A stretch of DNA of 64,000 nt. It comes from a virus. A program made the translations under genes and the position numbers. Below, piece after piece: positions 57,412 to 64,000 of this stretch. Location of the stretch: the IMG/VR virus record IMGVR_UViG_3300011008_000009, positions 74,579 through 138,578 of that record; one strand, given 5' to 3'. The notes under the pieces were generated by a model. It did not search any database, was not told the origin of the DNA, and worked only from the letters and a program-made list of their open reading frames with translations. Within the stretch, counting starts at the first letter, position 1, and the number at the start of each line of letters is the position of its first letter.

Positions 57412-57872
57412 AATAAACCTCTTTCTGCCGAATTACATCGGCTGTACATAGTTTGTTGTGTAAGGGTCTTTTCCCTTACTGCTCTTATATTATACCACAG
57501 ATTTTGGAGTTTGTCAAGGGGTTTTGAAAAATTTTTTCAAATTTTTTGTGATGACTATTGCCACCGCGCCGAACCGTCTTGATACCTTTTAGGTACTCTC
57601 TCCGTTTCTGTAATTATATTATAACATACTTTTCCAGAAAAGTCAAGGGGTTTTAGAAAAATTAGCAACGGCTAACCGTTAGTTAAACAAACTAACTACC
57701 GCGCCGGACGCCGTATTTTAACACTTTAATTGATTAAAGTTCGACGTCCGATTTTAGTGCATTAAAGTGGCGAAGTGATTGGTTTATCTATCTATCAATT
57801 GGGGCGGGTAGTTAGTTAGTCTATATAAATTAATTATACTAAAAGTATAGGCGGGATTTCTCCCGCCCTTAA

Positions 57873-58622
57873 TTAGACTGTCAAATAAATTCCGTCCTTT
57901 TTGTTCACCTTTTTCGTGTATGTGAACGAGGTTTCAAATTCGCCGTTTATGTAGATATCCAATTCTTTTTTAACTTTTCGCGGAACACTTCTATAAACAT
58001 TATAATCTATATTATATTCCGCGCCGAGTGAAATACAGTATTTAAGAATTTCGGTTTCTATTTTGCTATCGCTTAATGCTGTGTGTTCCTCTTCAAAATC
58101 AATCTGTTTTGAAATGTATCTGAAAAGTGCTTCGGCGGTGGTGGAGTAGTTACCGCTTTCAGTGAAAAGTTGATTAGCTTCACAAAATGCTTGATAATCT
58201 GCGGTAAAAGCGATTTTATTGTGAACATAACCGCGGATATCAAAAATCGGTATATTATCAAACGGATTTATACATTTGTACCAATCGCAATTGAAATTAA
58301 AAACTTTTTCATCAAATGGTGAGTTGTAAGCATACGCGCCGACTACATCAAAGTTTTTAAAATCTCTGCACATTTCCTGCGTAATGTGACCGTATTTCTT
58401 TAAAAAGGTTTTGCGCGCTCTCATTCTGTCAACGTAAATCGGGCGCTTATTTGCATAATAAGCGGAGGAAAAAAGCGGAATGTTGTGCCAAACCTGTTCT
58501 ACGACAAAATCTTTTTCAACAAGATTTTCGCCCGTTTCGGTGTCGAAAATGACATAGCCGATGTTGTAGCAGAACGGTCTTTCAAGGTTTGTGGTTTCAG
58601 TGTCAAAAATTGCTATTTTCAT
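57873..58622 (-). CDS. DnaQ-like 3'-5' exonuclease
   Basis: MKIAIFDTETTNLERPFCYNIGYVIFDTETG; later AYNSPFDEKVFNFN and HTALSDSKIETEIL. Confidence 0.8.
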   Translation of the reverse strand: MKIAIFDTETTNLERPFCYNIGYVIFDTETGENLVEKDFVVEQVWHNIPLFSSAYYANKRPIYVDRMRARKTFLKKYGHITQEMCRDFKNFDVVGAYAYNSPFDEKVFNFNCDWYKCINPFDNIPIFDIRGYVHNKIAFTADYQAFCEANQLFTESGNYSTTAEALFRYISKQIDFEEEHTALSDSKIETEILKYCISLGAEYNIDYNVYRSVPRKVKKELDIYINGEFETSFTYTKKVNKKDGIYLTV

Positions 58623-58979
58623 AAGGTGAGTTCCTTTCTGGTGTTCGGGATTTTCCTTTCCCTTATTACAACTATATTATAACACATAAGCAGTTAAAAG
58701 TCAATAGGTTTTTAAAAATTTTCGTTCGTCAAAATGCACAAAGTTTTTGACCCCATTTCACTTTAACGCTTTAATGCGTTAAAGCGCCGGACGCCGTATT
58801 TTAACACTTTAATTGATTAAAGTTCGACGTCCGATTTTAGTGCATTAAAGCGATAAAGCGGCGGACAAAAAGAGTGACTAACTAATTGATTAGATTAGTT
58901 AGTCAAAATAAAATAATTATATCAGTAAAGGAATTAAGTTAAAATCGTTAGTTAGTTTACTTAAATTCCCGCGTGGGAC

Positions 58980-59441
58980 TTATCCGAGTAAGTCCCACAA
59001 CGCCTTGATAATATCGCCGTTCGCGTCTATGCTTTTGCGCTGTTTTGGAGTGTTCCACATTTCCCGAACGTCTTTGTTATCGTCAACAAGTACCGCAAAT
59101 TTTACCGTTTTGTCAAGTGCTTTCTGTTTTGGTGTGCCGTATTTCTGCGCGGTGAATTTGGTTACATAAGGCATATTATTTTCAATCCACATTCTTTTAG
59201 TAAGTGTCGTGTTGCGGTTGAATTTGTCCGAGCCGTTTTTTGCAAGCCACGTTATCACGCCGATTTCGTAACCTTTTTCAATCAGTGCCTTGCAAACCTT
59301 TTCAAGTTCGCGGAGATTTACAAGCGGCGCGCCGTCTGCATATACTGAAACGTCATTGCTTTCAAGTCTGCCGAGCCAATTTTCTTGACCGTAAAGGTCA
59401 TAAACTGTACCATCCATATCAAACATTATTACTTTACTCAT
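58980..59441 (-). CDS. HAD-superfamily phosphatase/5' nucleotidase-like
   Basis: VIMFDMDGTVYDLYGQENWLGRLES..FAVLVDDNKDVREMW. Confidence 0.75.
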   Translation of the reverse strand: MSKVIMFDMDGTVYDLYGQENWLGRLESNDVSVYADGAPLVNLRELEKVCKALIEKGYEIGVITWLAKNGSDKFNRNTTLTKRMWIENNMPYVTKFTAQKYGTPKQKALDKTVKFAVLVDDNKDVREMWNTPKQRKSIDANGDIIKALWDLLG

Positions 59442-59791
59442 ATTATCTATTCCTTTCTTTAGGACTTTTCCTGTCCTTTACTGTACTTATATTATATCAT
59501 AGAATTGTGATTTTGTCAATAGTTTTTTATTCGTCATATTGCACAAATTTTTTGACCCCACTCTATTGCTTTAATGTGTGAAAGCGCCGGCCGCCTAATT
59601 TTAATTGACTAAAGCGCCGGATCCGTGTTAAGACTTTAATGTGTTAAAGTCCGACGTCCGATTTTAGTACATTAAAGCGAGAAAGTACAGATCGTTAGTT
59701 AGTTTAATTAATCAATGGGCGGGATAGTTAGATAGTCTAACTAATTATCGTGGTGAAAAAATGGGGCGGGGATTTCTCCCCGCCGTGGTGA

Positions 59792-60181
59792 TTAGTTAGA
59801 CTGCTTAAGTGCCTTGTCCGCTTCGCGCTTTGCCTTTTTAGCGGCGCGGTCTGCTTCTGCCTTTGCCTTTTTCTCTGCGAGCAGTTTAGCCTTGTCCTCT
59901 CTCTCCTTTACGGTTGCCTCGTACCCCTTGATTGCGTCATTGAGTACGAAATCTGACTTGTGCAGAGTAAACTTGATAGAACCGTAAGCGGTGTAAGCCT
60001 TTGTACCGCTGTCAACGTTGCCAACCTCGAATGTGAGTGTCTGAAGGTCTTTTGTTCTGTCAACGATGAAGCCTGCGTCAATGAGTGTGTCATAGAGTTT
60101 TGCGACTGTTGCTGTTGTGAGTTCGTTTCTGATTGCTGTTTCTGTCTTTGCCATAGTAAACCTCTTTCTGTCGGATTTCAC
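59792..60181 (-). CDS. small protein, paralogue of 57046..57411
   Basis: TETAIRNELTTATVAKLYDTLIDAGFIVDRTKDLQTLTFEVGNVDSGTK. Confidence 0.7.
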   Translation of the reverse strand: MKSDRKRFTMAKTETAIRNELTTATVAKLYDTLIDAGFIVDRTKDLQTLTFEVGNVDSGTKAYTAYGSIKFTLHKSDFVLNDAIKGYEATVKEREDKAKLLAEKKAKAEADRAAKKAKREADKALKQSN

Positions 60182-60596
60182 CGACCGTCTGTGATTGTTT
60201 CGGATGGGGTCTTTCCCTCATCTCTGTTATTATTATACCACAGATTGGGAGATTTGTCAAGGGGTTTTAGAAAATTTTTTTTTAATTTTTTTTTCTGTTG
60301 CCTTGCGGTAGCAACTTCAAACCGTCCGAGTGCCTTGAACCTCTTTCTCCCCTCTCTGTGATTATATTATAACACATATCACGGGAAAAGTCAATACCTT
60401 TTTGATAAAATTAGCAGTGGCTAGCCATTAGTTAGACAAACTAACTATCTCGCCCGGATCCCACTTTAACACTTTAAAGCGGCGCCGACACCTAATTTTA
60501 AGACTTTAATTGATTAAAGTCCGACGTCTGATTTTAACGCTTTAAAGTGTTAAAGTGGCAATATAAAAAATGGGGCGGTGATTAGCCGCCCGTTAG

Positions 60597-60857
60597 TTAG
60601 TCTAACAAATCACTGTCTTTTGCTTTCTGCAAAAGTTCTGCCGTTTCTGACGCGCCATAATACTCGGCAATAATATTCGCGGGAATGCCCGCGTTGACCA
60701 TCCAGGCAACCGCCATTTCACCCTCTCCGCCAAAGTTGTCCCACATCATATTCATAAGAATATTATTTACCTGTTTGTCAGTCATATTACACTCTCCTTC
60801 CTGTAATAAAGCGCCAGAAGCACCATATTGCACACATAACGTTTTCAAGTCGTTCAT
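60597..60857 (-). CDS. hypothetical protein
   Basis: ORF. Confidence 0.5.
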   Translation of the reverse strand: MNDLKTLCVQYGASGALLQEGECNMTDKQVNNILMNMMWDNFGGEGEMAVAWMVNAGIPANIIAEYYGASETAELLQKAKDSDLLD

Positions 60858-61144
60858 CAGTGACGAACAGAGTTGCCATAATTGTGAATGTTGCTATGAC
60901 GCAAGCAACGAGCGCGATAACTAAACTTTCCATTTTGTTATCTCCTTTCCTTTACTGTATCTATATTATAACATAGATAGACAGAAAAGTCAAGTGGTAA
61001 TATTATACAATTTTTATAGCGGCAATTTGTATATTATACCCTTCAACACTTTAATGTGCGAAAGTCTGACGTCTGATTTTAATGTATTAAAGTGTTAAAG
61101 CGGGGTGGTATGGGAAAGGCGCCCGTAGGTGTGGGCGCCGTTAG

Positions 61145-61459
61145 TTAATTATTAATTTCCTGTAAGTTGCGAACGATTTCAAGATACTTGTCTGTAAAGG
61201 CGTCTGCTACACAATCGCCGCTGCCGTCAGCAAAAGGACACCCTTCACAATAATTGTGTGAATTACAGATATCCTTTATCAGTTCCATATCTGCAATTAG
61301 ATTGTTTATAAAATCTTTTTTGCTTTCCGCTTCTGCTTGTTCACACTTCTTTTCGTCTGTGAATACTTCGCCCGTAAATTCGTTAGTATAAGTTGTACTT
61401 ATCTTCATAATATTTAACCCTTTCTTGTTGTGGTAGTCGGGGATTAACTCCCCGACCAC
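61145..61459 (-). CDS. hypothetical protein with Cys cluster (start probably MKISTTYTN)
   Basis: ORF. Confidence 0.55.
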   Translation of the reverse strand: MVGELIPDYHNKKGLNIMKISTTYTNEFTGEVFTDEKKCEQAEAESKKDFINNLIADMELIKDICNSHNYCEGCPFADGSGDCVADAFTDKYLEIVRNLQEINN

Positions 61460-62030
61460 TTTGATTTCAGCAGAGATTTTCTGTTCTTGTGCGCTTCAAT
61501 TTTTCTCTGCCGTTCGACTTTGAGGCGCGCGGTCTGTACCCATTCGTGAAACTGTTCACGGTTTAAAAATTTGTCGTTGACTTTGACCATTTAATCACCC
61601 TTTCCTTTTCTGTAATTATATTATATCATAACTTTTGAAAAAAGTCAAGTGGTAAAGTTGCACAAAGTTTTAGCGCCGGAACTATGTAAAATGCACTTTA
61701 CTACTTTAAAGCGCCGGGATCCGACGTCGAACTTTCATACACTAAAGTGTTAAAGCGGCAATTAAAAAGGCGGGCGCCCTCACGAGCGCCCAAAATAATT
61801 TATATATATTCAGGAGGTTGAAGATTGTCAAATTGTAATGCGGGTGGGTTCATGGTGGTACTTATCTATATACCAATTGTAATAATTCTGTCGGATTTTC
61901 TTCTTTTCACTTTCGGGGAGCCTCATATAATCCATAGCACGGTACTTTTCTACTCTTGTTATCCATTCCATATAAGTCATATTATCTACCCCTTTCTGTA
62001 ACTATATTATATCACTTTTTTGAACGTTTG

Positions 62031-62456
62031 TCAAGTGTTTTTTAAAAATTTGTTGAAAAATTTACACTTGACAAAATGTTGTTTAACATATCTAATTGCC
62101 CACTCTGTCGCCTGCCATTCCTTTTCAAGATTGAAATATATGTTTTGAATTTTTACATTGTTTTCGGCGGTATCTTTGTCTATCAAATTACATACTGCAC
62201 GTTCAAAGATTTCATCGTCATCTTCTTCTATAAAGTCAAGTGTGTAATAATGTCCTATTTCGTAGAGAGCCTGCCATATAACTTTGTTAATTCTCCAATA
62301 GTCATTGACGTGATGTTCTGTTCTTAAATGGCGCAGAAAACCGTGACAATTTTCATTCAGATTTAAGTAAATAGTATCGGTTGACCACTCAAAAGAACTT
62401 TCCTCGTCTGTAAAACGACTTTTAAGCGGGGATTGATTGACTTGATAAATAACCAT
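62031..62456 (-). CDS. hypothetical protein
   Basis: ORF. Confidence 0.55.
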   Translation of the reverse strand: MVIYQVNQSPLKSRFTDEESSFEWSTDTIYLNLNENCHGFLRHLRTEHHVNDYWRINKVIWQALYEIGHYYTLDFIEEDDDEIFERAVCNLIDKDTAENNVKIQNIYFNLEKEWQATEWAIRYVKQHFVKCKFFNKFLKNT

Positions 62457-62654
62457 ATAATAATCTTTTTCATTTTATATCCCTTCCTTTACTATATACA
62501 TTATATCATAGTATTGAGATTTTGTCAATAGTCAAATTGCACAAATTTTCCGGCGCTTCAACACTTTAACACGCGAAAGTCCGACGTCCGATTTTAGCGC
62601 GCTAAAGTATTAAAGCGGCAATACGCAAAAAGGCGCGGGTTGCTCCGCGTCCTC

Positions 62655-63017
62655 TCACCTCGCATTCTCAAAGTCGAATGTCACGCAGACCTCATCATTC
62701 TGTATTCTCCACAGCTCGTTCGTTTCCGATGTTGACAAGACACAGCGCACGGTGTTCAGCTTCTTTTCAAGCTCGATAGCCAGCGCGCACAGGGTGTTTC
62801 TGTCGGCGGGGCTGATGCCCTTGCGGTCGATGATGATGACCAGAGCGTTATCGTCTATGAACGAGCGAACGAATGTGCGGAGATTGCCGAGCAAGGAGAG
62901 TTCATTGTTAAGGCGGTCGCAGATGGTGGAATAAGTCTTTACAAAAGTTGTGTTCATTGAGTTTACCTCTCTTTCCTTTACTATATACATTATATCACAT
63001 ATAGGGGTAAAAGTCAA
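62655..63017 (-). CDS. hypothetical protein
   Basis: ORF. Confidence 0.5.
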   Translation of the reverse strand: MTFTPICDIMYIVKEREVNSMNTTFVKTYSTICDRLNNELSLLGNLRTFVRSFIDDNALVIIIDRKGISPADRNTLCALAIELEKKLNTVRCVLSTSETNELWRIQNDEVCVTFDFENAR

Positions 63018-63576
63018 TAGTCAAGTTGCACAAATTTTTGACCTGCAAATTGTGCAAAATGCCCGATCTGCCCGCCGAATTTTCGTACTTTAATGTATTA
63101 AAGTCCGACGTCAAACTTTAGTGCTTTAAAGTGCTAAAGCGTTGAGATAGCGAAATGGCGCCCATTAGTTTGGGCGCCTAATTATAGCTCACATTCTACC
63201 CATTACAGGGGTCATAGCGTAGCTCTCACAATACTCGCGATAGTTAGCACGGATTTTGTTTTTCTCTACTTCGGGGAAGCGTACATAGTCCCAGAGAACT
63301 ATCTTTTCGATTTTGGTTATCCATTCTAAGTATGTCATTTTCTTTTACCTTTTCGGCTTTCGCCTTACCTTTCCTTTACTGTACTTATATTATAACACAC
63401 ATTAACCGAAAAGTCAAGTAGTAATATTGCACAAAATTTCTGCGCCGAAATTGTACATAATGCCAATCCGCCGAAACTTTAATACTTTAGTGTGTGAAAG
63501 TCTGACGTCGAACTTTAACGCTTTAAAGCGCTAAAGTAATTAGATAATAAAATAGGCGCCCGAAGGCGCCCAGATT

Positions 63577-63816
63577 TTAGTGAAGTTCCCTCTCCACTAT
63601 CGTGTAAATCTCTCCAGAGTTGAACCACACGTCTGTTATTTCCTCGTCCTGTTCAGCGAGCAGGTCACAGAGTTCCCCGCCAGCTCTTTCAGCCCACAGT
63701 CCGTTGATGTAGTCAGCCGCCTTCTCGTAGCTTGTGAACACGCTGTCAACACGAGTGAAAGCCATATCTTCAACATTGCCTATCATTACTACATAAACCA
63801 CGTTTGTCATTTTCAT
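63577..63816 (-). CDS. hypothetical protein
   Basis: ORF. Confidence 0.5.
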   Translation of the reverse strand: MKMTNVVYVVMIGNVEDMAFTRVDSVFTSYEKAADYINGLWAERAGGELCDLLAEQDEEITDVWFNSGEIYTIVERELH

Positions 63817-64000
63817 TCACCTTTTCAGAACTTTGTTCCGTCCTTTCCTTTACTATATACATTATAGCATATAACGGGGCAGAAGTCAATAGTCAAGTTG
63901 TACAAAATTTTCGCGCCGAAACTGTACATAATCACCACAAATGTAATCGTTATTATGTAATCGTTTACACCGGCGCCGAATTTTAATATACTAAAGCGCC

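Larger units (their letters stand above)
54835..63509. repeat. interspersed intergenic repeat family centred on GACGTC (13 copies)
   Basis: GACGTC at 54835, 55627, 56285, 56933, 57743, 58826, 59653, 60523, 61068, 61724, 62583, 63107, 63504, each followed by (A/G)ATTTTAG-like sequence and TTAAAG. Confidence 0.85.

Noticed and set aside
55000-60400. Plus-strand ORFs such as 54963..55541, 57025..57582, 59960..60361
   Set aside because: Antisense of well-formed minus-strand genes (exonuclease, HAD, paralogous K/A-tail proteins).
1-64000. CRISPR array
   Set aside because: No regularly spaced identical repeats with unique spacers; the periodic GACGTC repeats are ~1 kb apart with genes between.
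1-64000. Stop-codon reassignment
   Set aside because: TAA, TAG and TGA all end well-bounded ORFs; apparent breaks are frame shifts, not in-frame stops.

Overview
This looks like a segment of a large tailed phage or prophage of a low-GC Firmicutes-type host. Layout: (i) about 1-28.6 kb is a + strand structural/tail-fibre/lysis module; (ii) 18.4-23.6 kb holds a diversity-generating retroelement (DGR): a 1225-aa target ORF, its variable repeat, a template repeat, and a reverse transcriptase split by an apparent 1-nt deletion; (iii) 29-39 kb holds small genes plus RNA-repair-type enzymes (RNA ligase, kinase-HD, metallophosphoesterase); (iv) 39.4-48.5 kb is a very RNA-rich region with about 18 tRNAs/tRNA-like genes, a ~1.2 kb structured non-coding stretch behind its own promoter, a GIY-YIG endonuclease, repeated 'ACAGCAA' stem elements, a TROVE/DUF2828-like vWA gene and a RlaP-like nucleotidyltransferase; (v) 53-55 kb is a G-rich and GCAGCTCA-repeat region where + and - strand gene blocks converge; (vi) 55-64 kb is a - strand array of small genes separated by a GACGTC-centred repeat family. 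The most novel signals I see are: tRNA genes nested inside the anticodon loops of other tRNA genes (tRNA-Gly(UCC) inside tRNA-Asn(GUU); a 74-nt CCA-ending tRNA-like element inside tRNA-Lys(UUU)), located with RNA ligase/kinase/RlaP/TROVE-like genes; and a group of tRNAs whose D-loops lack GG and whose T-loops lack TTC, as if the elbow contact had been rewritten. Homology calls are from memory of protein families and motifs; no database search was run.
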